Shown: positions 27,838-36,960, counted from the first letter of the stretch. The stretch is DNA of 64,000 nt from a virus (IMGVR_UViG_3300046167_000724); one strand, 5' to 3'. Translations and numbers: made by a program. Notes: generated from the sequence alone by a model not told the origin.

Positions 27838-27955
27838 AGGTTTACGTTAGTGAAATATACAACCATATACACGTATACGGTTGATTTTAAGGCACTTATT
27901 TAAAATAAATGATGGACTACACTATAATTAAAACATTTTTGGTGAGCAAAGAATT

Positions 27956-28135
27956 ATGAGGGACGCAATACCGGAGAAAGATTGGCTACATTGGGTAGAA
28001 ACGGGAGAGGCTTCCGAGCGTCTTTTAATGCAAGTTAGTTTAAAGATAAAAATGGGTCATGGATTAGGTGAACAAGAGGCATCTATATATGTTTTTCATG
28101 CCAGTGAAATTGAAGAAATACTTAAAAGAATTTAA
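27956..28135 (+). CDS. 59-aa hypothetical protein (not in ORF track)
   Basis: MRDAIPEKDWLHWVETG...EEILKRI. Confidence 0.5.
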   Translation: MRDAIPEKDWLHWVETGEASERLLMQVSLKIKMGHGLGEQEASIYVFHASEIEEILKRI

Positions 28136-28147
28136 TATATAAATTAT

Positions 28148-28303
28148 ATGGCATTATTTGAATTCACAAACCCAGATGGTTCAACTTTTAAAAAGGACCT
28201 TACATTAGCAAAAGCAACTGCAATTGCTGATGAGAAAAACTTAAGATTTGTAATGCTACACGGTGGCACGTCAGGTCATGGAATACCAGGTGAAGACTTT
28301 TAA
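28148..28303 (+). CDS. 51-aa hypothetical protein (not in ORF track)
   Basis: MALFEFTNPDGSTFKK...; AATATATAA upstream; TAATG overlap with next gene. Confidence 0.55.
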   Translation: MALFEFTNPDGSTFKKDLTLAKATAIADEKNLRFVMLHGGTSGHGIPGEDF

Positions 28304-28866
28304 TGAAATGGATATTAATCATATTCATATTCTTAACTTCTTGTATTACTGTTAATCAAGAAGCACCCAATCAACCGGGGGTGTACAATTATTCTGGAAC
28401 CATTTATAAATTAGATTTGAACATAGCAACTGCAATTCAAAAGCAGTTTGCACCAAATGCTACTATTTATATTGAATACGACCAACCTCTTGAGTATGGT
28501 ATAGTAGGTCTTGCTAATCAATTAGATGAGCACACGTATCTTATTCAACTCTCAAGGCAAAATCCACAACCACTTTATACATTATTACACGAGTTTGGTC
28601 ATATTATTGATGCCGAAAGGGGCGCACTTGGATTTAAAGAGCCATATACGTGGAATGGTAAAGTGTGTAATTTCAAACAGCCTTGGGATGAAAGACCATG
28701 GGAACAATCAGCAAACGTTTGGAGAGACAGTTTATTTAATGTATATGAAAATGGGCAATTAGAACATTACGATTATACAACCGAAAGGTTTCTAAAAGCC
28801 CTAAAATTCTTGAATTTTAAAACAATGCCTTTAAATAGCGTATTTAAAGATTCAATCTGCCAATAA
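28303..28866 (+). CDS. Lipoprotein zinc metallopeptidase-like protein
   Basis: Lipobox LTSC; HEFGH zincin motif; RPWE. Confidence 0.65.
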   Translation: MKWILIIFIFLTSCITVNQEAPNQPGVYNYSGTIYKLDLNIATAIQKQFAPNATIYIEYDQPLEYGIVGLANQLDEHTYLIQLSRQNPQPLYTLLHEFGHIIDAERGALGFKEPYTWNGKVCNFKQPWDERPWEQSANVWRDSLFNVYENGQLEHYDYTTERFLKALKFLNFKTMPLNSVFKDSICQ

Positions 28867-28868
28867 GT

Positions 28869-29192
28869 TTATGTAACTGGCTGGTTTGCAATAAGATGTA
28901 AGACCGTAGTCTCAAAATCTATCGATGACGTTTTTCCACCAATTGACCAAATATTAAGCTCTTCAACTGTATAACGCTCATCGTATGTTTTCCAATCATA
29001 GATTGTAAATGTTTCACCTTCAAAATCAAATACCCATTCTTTTTGAACCTTATCATCACCCGATGCTTCATCAAATACTGGCTTACCAAAAGTATTCTTA
29101 AGGTCCCAATAAGAAATTCCTGTCAATGAACCTACCTTGTAAGTTCCATGTATAAGGTCTAGTGCCTCTTCTGTATTTTTAATTACTTGCAT
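28869..29192 (-). CDS. Conserved hypothetical phage protein
   Basis: DDKVQKEW...FTIYDWK pattern. Confidence 0.7.
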   Translation of the reverse strand: MQVIKNTEEALDLIHGTYKVGSLTGISYWDLKNTFGKPVFDEASGDDKVQKEWVFDFEGETFTIYDWKTYDERYTVEELNIWSIGGKTSSIDFETTVLHLIANQPVT

Positions 29193-29203
29193 AATAAATT
29201 ATA

Positions 29204-29434
29204 TTATTTGTTTATCCATAAGTTATAAATATAGTCATAGCCAACTTCTAAAGAAGAAGCTAATTCAGTGAAACAACGTTCACGGACAATGCTGTCATCA
29301 ACACCAATGTATTTGTAGACATCATTACCTAAGTAAAGTTCATTCAAGAGACCTGCAAAGTGTGCGTTCTCGTTGATTTCTGGACCCAACTCGTCGGTTG
29401 GATACACATCACAATAAAAAGTTTGTAAATTCAT
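29204..29434 (-). CDS. Hypothetical early protein
   Basis: ORF after a class-1 repeat. Confidence 0.7.
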   Translation of the reverse strand: MNLQTFYCDVYPTDELGPEINENAHFAGLLNELYLGNDVYKYIGVDDSIVRERCFTELASSLEVGYDYIYNLWINK

Positions 29435-29456
29435 AATGTTTGTTTTAAGGGTTTCC

Positions 29457-29505
29457 CCGATTGATTACATAGTAAATATAGGCAAAATATACGACATAAA
29501 AAAAT
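29457..29505 (-). promoter_or_regulatory. Class-1 (early) promoter repeat
   Basis: Reverse complement reads ttttttatgtcg...ttttgcctatatttactatgtaatcaatcgg. Confidence 0.75.
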
Positions 29506-29524
29506 AAATGTGCAACTTTTTTGT

Positions 29525-29550
29525 AAAAAAAGAGCCCCGAAGGGCTCTTA
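29525..29550 (-). terminator. Intrinsic terminator (minus strand)
   Basis: A-run then gagccc-cgaa-gggctc. Confidence 0.7.
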
Positions 29551-29557
29551 AGTTACT

Positions 29558-30031
29558 TTACTTTGATAGTAACTCTACTATCTCCGTTAGACCTTGTTGT
29601 TCTGCAACGTACTTGATAGCCTTTAGTAGGTTAGCCAAGCGTAGGTCTTTATCACCACCTCTTTGAGTCACCCTGAAGTTGATACCTTCATAGTTTTTAC
29701 TCTCACTGATTCTTACGTGTTTGTAGTTACCACCGTGAAGTTCTTGCATCTTAACTGCAATTGCTTTCATAGTTTTGCGACTCCATAGCCTATCTACTAG
29801 CGTTTCAGCATATAGGTTATCGTGTTTAGTGTTTTTAGGGAGGTGAAGCTCCACTATTACACAGTCAGGCTTTACAGCCACACCGAGGTTAAGTGATACG
29901 TGAGGCTTTCTCACGCTAGTGGATAGGGCACACGCATGGTACTGACCTTTCCAGTTGATAGTGATACCCAAGTCACTTAGGTAAGCTGCACGCTCTGTGA
30001 GCTCAGGGTAGTTGTTCAAAACAGGTGCCAT
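29558..30031 (-). CDS. Hypothetical early protein
   Basis: 157-aa ORF between repeat and terminator. Confidence 0.7.
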   Translation of the reverse strand: MAPVLNNYPELTERAAYLSDLGITINWKGQYHACALSTSVRKPHVSLNLGVAVKPDCVIVELHLPKNTKHDNLYAETLVDRLWSRKTMKAIAVKMQELHGGNYKHVRISESKNYEGINFRVTQRGGDKDLRLANLLKAIKYVAEQQGLTEIVELLSK

Positions 30032-30096
30032 AGGCTTTCTTGTTTTTAGTTCCCCGGATTCGAGAAGATTGAGGTTCGCCGGGTCTTCCCCTCAAT

Positions 30097-30140
30097 CATT
30101 ACATAGTAAATATAGCAAAAAGATTTGACATAAAAAAATA
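30097..30140 (-). promoter_or_regulatory. Class-1 (early) promoter repeat
   Basis: attacatagtaaatatagcaaaa...gacataaaaaa. Confidence 0.7.
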
Positions 30141-30163
30141 AATGTCAAACTTTTTTAAAATAA

Positions 30164-30748
30164 TTAAGCCATCATTGCAATGGCTTTTTCACAATTCTTT
30201 TGAGTAGCCCCGAAACTCATTGCATGTCGCACTGCAGTTTCTAAGTCAACTTGACCAAAGACATAAGGACAATCTTCAGAAGTCATTTGACTCAACATGC
30301 GGTAAACATCTGGAAGAGTTGCATGCTTAGGACGGTCATTCACAAACAAGTACTTAACACCCATATCAATGTCATAAGTACCATTGTCACTACGGCGACC
30401 TTCTTTGATTTCATACATGTCAATCATACCATTGAAAGAGCCGTAAACGAACTGCTCACCAAAGCGATTAACATCTTGAATCATTTCTTTAGGCATTGGG
30501 TTACCTTTTTCGTCAGTTAAGTAAACATTCACAGAGTTACCCATTGAATAGCTATCAGAGCTAGTATAAACGGTAGCTTGTGGATAAGTCTTCTTAACAT
30601 ACTGCTTAATAATGTTAGCAGCGGCTGTTTGATTGATACGAAGAACAGGTTTTTCAAGTAGACCACCATTCCAGTTAGTGGTTTGAAGGTGTTTGTCTGA
30701 TACTTGGAAGGTAATGCCTTCGAGTTGGAAATTGATTTTTTTTGTCAT
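30164..30748 (-). CDS. LPD29-like (polyvalent-protein domain) early protein
   Basis: SSDSYSMGNSVNV...YGSFNGMIDMYE pattern. Confidence 0.5.
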   Translation of the reverse strand: MTKKINFQLEGITFQVSDKHLQTTNWNGGLLEKPVLRINQTAAANIIKQYVKKTYPQATVYTSSDSYSMGNSVNVYLTDEKGNPMPKEMIQDVNRFGEQFVYGSFNGMIDMYEIKEGRRSDNGTYDIDMGVKYLFVNDRPKHATLPDVYRMLSQMTSEDCPYVFGQVDLETAVRHAMSFGATQKNCEKAIAMMA

Positions 30749-30777
30749 AAAGCGTTTTTGTTTTAATGGGATAGACT

Positions 30778-30849
30778 CCCGATTGATTACATAGTAAATA
30801 TAGGCAAAATAAACGACATAAAAAAACTTTTAGTCAATTATTTTCAAAC
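30778..30849 (-). promoter_or_regulatory. Class-1 (early) promoter repeat, long form
   Basis: Full ~72-bp copy. Confidence 0.75.
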
Positions 30850-31179
30850 TAATTCAGTTTCTTTAATGGATTTGATGTGTTTGCAATCACCTCTACGGAA
30901 TTGACGAGCTGGACAGCTACAATCCCATTTATCATTACGTAAGGTTACTTTATAAAAGGCACCTTTACTACCTTCAACTTCCCAAGAATTGTCTTTACTC
31001 TCTACTTTGGGTTGAACTTGTTTAGGCGTAGGTTTGAATTTAAACTCAATTTGACTACGTGTTGTACCATTAGGCACTTCGTACCAACCTGGACACACAA
31101 AAGTCTTTCCATTAGTTTGAACTAAACCCCAACCAACTCGAGGTTCTTGTATATTACACGTTATCAAAGACATAATCAC
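30844..31179 (-). CDS. SWIM zinc-finger protein
   Basis: WDCSCP...CKH; true start may be 31173. Confidence 0.75.
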   Translation of the reverse strand: MIMSLITCNIQEPRVGWGLVQTNGKTFVCPGWYEVPNGTTRSQIEFKFKPTPKQVQPKVESKDNSWEVEGSKGAFYKVTLRNDKWDCSCPARQFRRGDCKHIKSIKETELV

Positions 31180-31642
31180 TAAATTGATTGGTTAAGTCAT
31201 TAAAGGGTAAACCTTCTTCAAGTGTCATTTGACGCAATCTCTTTGAATAAAGACGATTACAGTTTTCATTTAAGTTTTCTTGCACAAGAGACATATCTAA
31301 GATGATACAATACTCAGGTTGCATAGTTTCGTTATAGTCCCATTTGATAAATACCGCTTTATTAGCTGATTTAGTCTTGAGACCGCCATAAACATAATTA
31401 CGTGCAGTTGTACGAGTATGCTTGACTTCATACGTTTCACCTGTTACGGTGTTGCGTACGTCAAAGCCTTCAGTATTACCACCTAAGCATTCGTGTTCAT
31501 CACCTGTAAAATCGGTCATAAATCGAGTAAAGGCCAACTCACTAATTGCAGCCCAAGGGTTTTGATTAGTTGTACCTGTTACTTCTAAAAGCTTTTGCTC
31601 CAACTCTTGCTGAAGCAAAGCAATTTCATGTAAGTCTTCCAT
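31154..31642 (-). CDS. Putative PD-(D/E)XK endonuclease
   Basis: AISE...EGFDV...TYEVKH. Confidence 0.6.
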   Translation of the reverse strand: MEDLHEIALLQQELEQKLLEVTGTTNQNPWAAISELAFTRFMTDFTGDEHECLGGNTEGFDVRNTVTGETYEVKHTRTTARNYVYGGLKTKSANKAVFIKWDYNETMQPEYCIILDMSLVQENLNENCNRLYSKRLRQMTLEEGLPFNDLTNQFSDYVFDNV

Positions 31643-31926
31643 TATCCTAAACGCTTATATGTCTTGATAATTTCAAACTCATCGAATTCATCAACAAAGT
31701 TAATAGTATAGCCCATATTCTTAAGTGCAGTAAGCACCTCAGAAGCATCGCAGTCCTCTTCAAAATAAAAGAGACCTAACTTAGCATTGTAAAAGCTGTA
31801 CTGAGATTGCAAGGCTTTACAAGTTGCTACTTCGTTTACTAGATTCTTGTGGATTTGCACATAACCGTGAGACGGTGTGTGGTAATAACCCAAGGTAACT
31901 TCTTTAGTGATTGTTTGATAGTTCAT
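31642..31926 (-). CDS. Conserved hypothetical phage protein
   Basis: TPSHGY...YFEEDCD motif. Confidence 0.65.
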   Translation of the reverse strand: MNYQTITKEVTLGYYHTPSHGYVQIHKNLVNEVATCKALQSQYSFYNAKLGLFYFEEDCDASEVLTALKNMGYTINFVDEFDEFEIIKTYKRLG

Positions 31927-31937
31927 AATTCTTTATC

Positions 31938-31983
31938 ATTGATTACATAGTAAATATAGGCAAAATAAACGACATAAAAAAAT
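31938..31983 (-). promoter_or_regulatory. Class-1 (early) promoter repeat
   Basis: attgattacatagtaaatataggcaaaataaacgacataaaaaaa. Confidence 0.75.
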
Positions 31984-32018
31984 ATATTCCATCTTTTTTT
32001 AAATTTAATATATAATAT

Positions 32019-32774
32019 ATGTTAGCTAATAATTTTATAATATCAATAACTTCGGTTCCTTTTAGATTTAAAGATGAATTGGTTCAAGTTTTAAAAAGCT
32101 TAAGCGGAAATACATTAGGTATTAAAATTATTGTATCAATACCTAGGGTATACAGGAAGGGTTGGACGTATACTCAAGATGACTTATTAGAGTTATCTAA
32201 AATACCCGAAGTTGTTCTTAATATAATAGATGAGGATTATGGCCCCGCAACTAAACTTTTAGGTGGTATTGAATGGGTTAGAAATAATGGGCTAAATGTT
32301 ACAGGCATTATAACTATGGACGATGATATAATATTTCAAAATCCAGCAACTCAAATATTAAGTCTAGTCAAATTACATTTAGAACAACGAGAAAATGTAA
32401 TCACATTTCAAGGTCTTAAACTAATACACCCGCCATATTATTCAGGTAACGGGTTGCATGGTGTTAGAGAAGATTGGTGTCATGGTGTTGCTGGCTTTCT
32501 AGGTGTATTATACCCAAGTCATTTTTTTAAATCAAATGTTGTTTTTAATTTGTTTGAAGAACTTGACCCTAATTTCTATTCAGAAGATGATGCATATTTC
32601 GGTGCTGTTGCATCACGTTTAAATATTAAAATATGGTCATCTACTAATTTAAGTAAATGGTCTAGCATATCTAAAATATCCGCAGTAGATAAAATGTTAG
32701 AAGGTAAGCGACAAGTACGTGAATCTAAAATGTATAACGATCTCATATCTGCTGGCTTCTTTAAATTCTTATAA
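32019..32774 (+). CDS. Glycosyltransferase-like protein (GT-A, DxD)
   Basis: DYGPATKLLG, TMDDDII, DDAYF. Confidence 0.65.
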   Translation: MLANNFIISITSVPFRFKDELVQVLKSLSGNTLGIKIIVSIPRVYRKGWTYTQDDLLELSKIPEVVLNIIDEDYGPATKLLGGIEWVRNNGLNVTGIITMDDDIIFQNPATQILSLVKLHLEQRENVITFQGLKLIHPPYYSGNGLHGVREDWCHGVAGFLGVLYPSHFFKSNVVFNLFEELDPNFYSEDDAYFGAVASRLNIKIWSSTNLSKWSSISKISAVDKMLEGKRQVRESKMYNDLISAGFFKFL

Positions 32775-33335
32775 ATAATGCCCTATAGAAATACCAACAA
32801 ACTGAGTAGTACTATTAAGCTGAGCGTCATCTAACATGATATAGACATTCGCTTTCATATAGACATTATAGCTAATATGCTTCTTAAGTCTAAAGGAAGC
32901 AATGGCAGGAAAACTAGTATTTCTCTGCTCACTTGTACCAATGGCTAAACCACTTGATAAGTATAAATCAAACGGCTTAACTTTAAACTCACGAGCTAAT
33001 CCCATAAATACAAAGCTTACAGTAGGTGTCGGTTTATCAAACTCCCAATCACCTTCAAGACCTCTAAGCTGAACAATCCAATCTTGAGTAAACAACCAAT
33101 CGCTACCTGCAACAGGCTTTATACTTGCACTTAGACTACTAGCTATTAAACTGTAACCTTCCATGTTACTTTCAATCGGTATACCTACACCAACATCTAC
33201 CTGGCCAACCCAAGATTTATTAGGTTTAACCTTTGGTTTAGCTAAGTTAGTTTGAGTAAAGTTATAGCAATCGTCTTGACTAAATCCTTTAAATGGTAGA
33301 AGTACCACCAAGATTGTAATTAAAATATTCTTCAT
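32769..33335 (-). CDS. Secreted/outer-membrane beta-rich protein
   Basis: Signal peptide MKNILITILVVLLPFKGFS-QD; alternating beta pattern; aromatic C-terminus. Confidence 0.5.
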   Translation of the reverse strand: MKNILITILVVLLPFKGFSQDDCYNFTQTNLAKPKVKPNKSWVGQVDVGVGIPIESNMEGYSLIASSLSASIKPVAGSDWLFTQDWIVQLRGLEGDWEFDKPTPTVSFVFMGLAREFKVKPFDLYLSSGLAIGTSEQRNTSFPAIASFRLKKHISYNVYMKANVYIMLDDAQLNSTTQFVGISIGHYL

Positions 33336-33745
33336 TATCTTCTAATAAAATACAAGGTTCTTAACTGCTCGCCAACAATACCATATACCGTCTTATTCTC
33401 TACAACCAATGTATTAGGCCCTTGAGAAACAACATCCCACTCTTCATAAGATATAAACAAACTTGTATCTAAATATTGATAAGTATGCATATAACCATTA
33501 GAGTAGATAAATCCTATAATCTCTACAGGTTGTAAAGTACCATCTAGTATCGTATACACATTTACGCTATCAAAGTAAAATATAAGGTTATCAAATACCG
33601 TATCTGTTGTAAAGTTTAAACCAGGTAAGTAGTAGTCTTCAACAGATTCTAAACGGTTTAATTGCCATTCACCGTCTATTACAAACGGCTCTTCTTTATG
33701 GCATGTAAGAAGTAATAAAGGTAAGAGGTATAAGAGTCGTCGCAT
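33335..33745 (-). CDS. Lipoprotein, lipocalin-like
   Basis: LLLLTC lipobox-like; IDGEWQL GxW motif; LRTLYFIR end. Confidence 0.55.
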   Translation of the reverse strand: MRRLLYLLPLLLLTCHKEEPFVIDGEWQLNRLESVEDYYLPGLNFTTDTVFDNLIFYFDSVNVYTILDGTLQPVEIIGFIYSNGYMHTYQYLDTSLFISYEEWDVVSQGPNTLVVENKTVYGIVGEQLRTLYFIRR

Positions 33746-33749
33746 GCTA

Positions 33750-33779
33750 TTTATATGACCAGTTTCTACACTTGTTTCA
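33750..33779 (-). promoter_or_regulatory. Class-2 promoter candidate
   Basis: Reverse complement reads TGAAACA-N17-TATAAA. Confidence 0.55.
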
Positions 33780-34265
33780 CAAAAAAACCATTTTTCAATT
33801 ATTTCAGTTCCGCTTTCCAGAAACTATCCCCACAAGCCCATAAACACCATTTAAGAAACTAACACCCTCACGACTAACAACCAACCTAGATTACACCAAC
33901 CCTTCCACAAACACAATAATAATAATATAAGAGATAATAATAAGAATAATAAGAAGGATATAAGTAAGGATAACAATAAGAATACAAGTACACATATACA
34001 TGATACGAGTGTAAGAACAACTCTAAGTCTTAAGTATACAGGATATACACATTACATAAGTAACATAAGATATAAAGGATAAGCCCAACTCCATACCAAG
34101 CCCAGTAAGGGTTTAAAGAAAGCAACCGAACATCGTGAGGTATAAGGGTTAAGTTCCATGTTCATCCATGTTCATCCATGTTGCAGGGGCCGGGTTAAAC
34201 ACGAGGGCCAACTAACACACATTTCGCGGGGCGGTTTACCCCCAGCCACCAAGGGCCACTATCCC
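33780..34265. other. Non-coding, strand-biased spacer with ATAAG repeats
   Basis: No credible ORF; A/C-rich plus strand; ccatgttcat tandem near 34156. Confidence 0.6.
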
Positions 34266-34296
34266 AAAAAGAAGGGACCCCATTGCTGAGAGTCCC
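34265..34296 (-). terminator. Probable terminator (minus strand)
   Basis: A-run then agggac...gtccct. Confidence 0.5.
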
Positions 34297-34327
34297 TGAA
34301 GGGTAATCAATCCTTATGTTTGGTAGT

Positions 34328-35359
34328 TTAGAGTTCTACGCTATCTTTGGTGTCTTCTGTGACTTTGTCAAATCCGAATAGTCTGTCGAAAGCGGCGCCT
34401 TCGGTTTCCAGTTGTTTACGTTCTTCTTTGAGTAGTTCGTCGTTGGCTATATCTGTTTCGAATCGGGCTTCGTTAAATTGTATGCCTTCTTCAAATGAGA
34501 AGTAGAGTTTTTTGTTTACGTCACCTACACGGTTTTTTGAGAATTCTAGGAACCTACGGCCGTTCTCACCACCTTCCCAGTCTAGTTTCATCATTGAGGT
34601 GGTCATGTGTTTGAGTTTGTTTGAGCCTACGAACTGTCCTCCTTTAGAGAGTTGGAGTATTGTAACAAAGGCTGTGTGTGCTTGGGACTTGTTGTGTTGT
34701 GTCATTAGGTCTAGGAACCATTTTTCTGCTTTGCCTCGTGTCCAGCCTGTGTGTTCTTTAACGGTGTCGTTAACTTCGGTGTAGCTGTCGGTGAGTACTA
34801 CGTCGTATCCTTCTTCTAGAACTTTTTCTATTACTAGGTTGGCGTGGGATTCGTAGTTGTTCATGAAGAGGATGGGGAGTGTTGCCCAATTGGGGAATCG
34901 CTTAAGGTAGCGTGCCATATCCATCTCATTCATCTCTGCTGAAATAAAGAGTACTTTGTTACCGTTGGCTTGTAGGTGTGCAAGGTGGTCGAGTAGGATT
35001 GTGGTCTTACCAACCCCTGGGGCTCCGGCAGCCATGATGTTAGTTGCTGGAAGGATGCCACCGTCGTTTGATATAAGTTTATCAAAGATGGTATTGGCCT
35101 TCATAGGTACGAATAGGTCGGGGTTAATGTTAAGGTCCTCTAACTTGGTGAGGCTTACATTAATTTGAGGTGGTAGTGCATCTGATGTGGTAGACTTGAT
35201 CTTATGGTCAGACATACGGAAACCACGTGGAGGGCCTAGCCTTTCCTTTGGTGTTCCTTTACCGTCCCAATGCACAAAAGGCTTTGTGAACGTACCGATT
35301 AATTCAGGGCCATTGTTTACTGGGATGGCCTTCCCGTTTTCTACTTGATATACAAACAT
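34328..35359 (-). CDS. RadA/Sms-like RecA-fold ATPase
   Basis: GAPGVGKTT Walker A, VVLTDS Walker B, SKNRVG resembling RadA KNRFG; no Zn finger or Lon domain. Confidence 0.7.
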   Translation of the reverse strand: MFVYQVENGKAIPVNNGPELIGTFTKPFVHWDGKGTPKERLGPPRGFRMSDHKIKSTTSDALPPQINVSLTKLEDLNINPDLFVPMKANTIFDKLISNDGGILPATNIMAAGAPGVGKTTILLDHLAHLQANGNKVLFISAEMNEMDMARYLKRFPNWATLPILFMNNYESHANLVIEKVLEEGYDVVLTDSYTEVNDTVKEHTGWTRGKAEKWFLDLMTQHNKSQAHTAFVTILQLSKGGQFVGSNKLKHMTTSMMKLDWEGGENGRRFLEFSKNRVGDVNKKLYFSFEEGIQFNEARFETDIANDELLKEERKQLETEGAAFDRLFGFDKVTEDTKDSVEL

Positions 35360-35366
35360 AATTATT

Positions 35367-35440
35367 CCGATTGATTACTATGTAAATATAGGCAAAATAG
35401 TTGACATAAAAAAACTTTAGGTCAACTATTTTCAAACTAT
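35367..35440 (-). promoter_or_regulatory. Class-1 (early) promoter repeat, long form
   Basis: Full copy, TTACATAGTAA variant. Confidence 0.75.
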
Positions 35441-35845
35441 TTTACAGGGATAGGTCCGTCAGGAAGGGTGAAACTGTTTAAGTGCTCTTGGAAAACCTCA
35501 GGGCTCTCTTCAAACTCAAACTTGCTGAGGTCACCGTTGCCGATGATAGGAGCAAATCCGTAACGAGCCGCGCCGAACATGCCAACCTCATCGAATCCCA
35601 ATAGGGTATACATCTCACCGTCTTCAGTCTTCGCTACAAGCTCACAGCCGGCAGGAATACCACCGCGGTAGCCTTGCATATAGATAGGAAGGAACTCAAA
35701 GCCGATAAGGTCTGCTCGGACCCCATGCTTGCGCAGTGTCTTTTGGAAATTCACCAGGCATGCCCTTGAATGAGAATTCTTTACCGTTTTGTTTAGCAAT
35801 GAAGATAGCCTCGTTCATTAACTGAGTTGGAATTTGTACTTTCAT
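35437..35845 (-). pseudogene. Frameshifted early gene (one extra base near 35745) or assembly error
   Basis: ATG at 35845 (MKVQIPTQL...GEF) is one base out of frame with the downstream frame (QKTLRKHG...PVK); span 409 nt. Confidence 0.6.
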
Positions 35846-35867
35846 AAGTTGTTCTTTGTGGGCAGTG

Positions 35868-35941
35868 CCCGATTGATTACATAGTAAATATAGGCAAAAT
35901 AGTTGACATAAAAAAGTTTTTAGCCAACTATTTTCAAATTA
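35868..35941 (-). promoter_or_regulatory. Class-1 (early) promoter repeat, long form
   Basis: Full copy. Confidence 0.75.
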
Positions 35942-36327
35942 TTTTACTGCAACTGAATGTGCACCTAAACTACCTTTCCAAATTGGAGCGCCTTCATATA
36001 CACGTGAGGTCAACTTAAATTCAAAACGACGTGAGTGGCCAACTTCAGGATTCTCTTCAGCAATATCAATGATCTCGTATGCTTCAGCAACATATGTCGC
36101 AACCTTCTCACCATGTAAGATACCCGATACTGTTACAGGGTAAACCTTTTTCAAAGGCTTCTATTAATGCAGCCTCTTCTTCTTTATAGAAGTACCATGC
36201 CCGGGCAATACACCCTTTAAGGCTACGACCAGGTGAATTCACCTTTAGTGTTATAGCTACGATTGACACTAACGAAAATGTTAACACCTTCGTTAAACTT
36301 GTTTGGATTGTAAATAACTTTACTCAT
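35939..36327 (-). pseudogene. Frameshifted early gene (two extra bases) or assembly error
   Basis: MSKVIY...VNRSYNTKG / PGRSLKGCIARAW...FEKG / PVTVSGILHG...AVK lie in three successive frames; span 389 nt. Confidence 0.6.
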
Positions 36328-36348
36328 GATTATTTCTTTAGTAGGTTT

Positions 36349-36420
36349 CCCCGATTGATTACATATGTAATATAGGCAATTCCGGCGACATAAAAAAACT
36401 TTTAGGCAATTATTTTCAAA
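36349..36420 (-). promoter_or_regulatory. Class-1 promoter repeat, leftward member of the divergent pair
   Basis: Variant copy with TTACATATGTAA. Confidence 0.7.
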
Positions 36421-36490
36421 ATAAAATGCAAGTAAGTACCTTATATTATATTACAGAACTGAAAAAAGTTTCAAAAAAGTTTGCCTTTTA

Positions 36491-36540
36491 TTTTTTTATG
36501 TCAACTATTTTGCCTATATTTACTATGTAATCAATCGGGA
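36491..36540 (+). promoter_or_regulatory. Class-1 promoter repeat, rightward member of the divergent pair
   Basis: tttttttatgtcaactattttgcctatatttactatgtaatcaatcgg. Confidence 0.75.
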
Positions 36541-36565
36541 ATCACTCCCACTAAAAGAAAATCAT

Positions 36566-36883
36566 ATGACTAATAACGAACTTTGTGAACTGCTTGCCCA
36601 CGGAAACCTTCAAGAGGCTAAACCTATTATTGAAGACCGCAAGCAAATGCCTGAAAGTCGTCTTCTTATAATTCGTGAGATGTTAAGTGACTATCCACAT
36701 GTCTATATCGAACACGAACCAATGAGTGAAAGTAATTGGTACTACATATGGCGTAAAGAGAATATCAAAGGACCACACGATTGGAACCGTAGTGATTGCT
36801 TAATGCAGTTCTATTGGAAAGCTGGTAGCTATAACGCTGAAGGTGTTCACAATCTATACGACGAATGGGGCACAGCCCTTTAA
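36566..36883 (+). CDS. Hypothetical early protein
   Basis: ORF after repeat. Confidence 0.7.
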   Translation: MTNNELCELLAHGNLQEAKPIIEDRKQMPESRLLIIREMLSDYPHVYIEHEPMSESNWYYIWRKENIKGPHDWNRSDCLMQFYWKAGSYNAEGVHNLYDEWGTAL

Positions 36884-36960
36884 AATAATTTGAAAATAAA
36901 TGGCTAAAAACTTTTTTATGTCGTTTATTTTGCCTATATTTACTATGTAATCAATGGGGA
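36881..36960 (+). promoter_or_regulatory. Class-1 promoter repeat, long form
   Basis: Full ~80-bp copy. Confidence 0.75.

Noticed and set aside
27827-27955. Possible read-through ORF MKNKGLR**NIQPY
   Set aside because: Needs two consecutive different stops to be suppressed; no support
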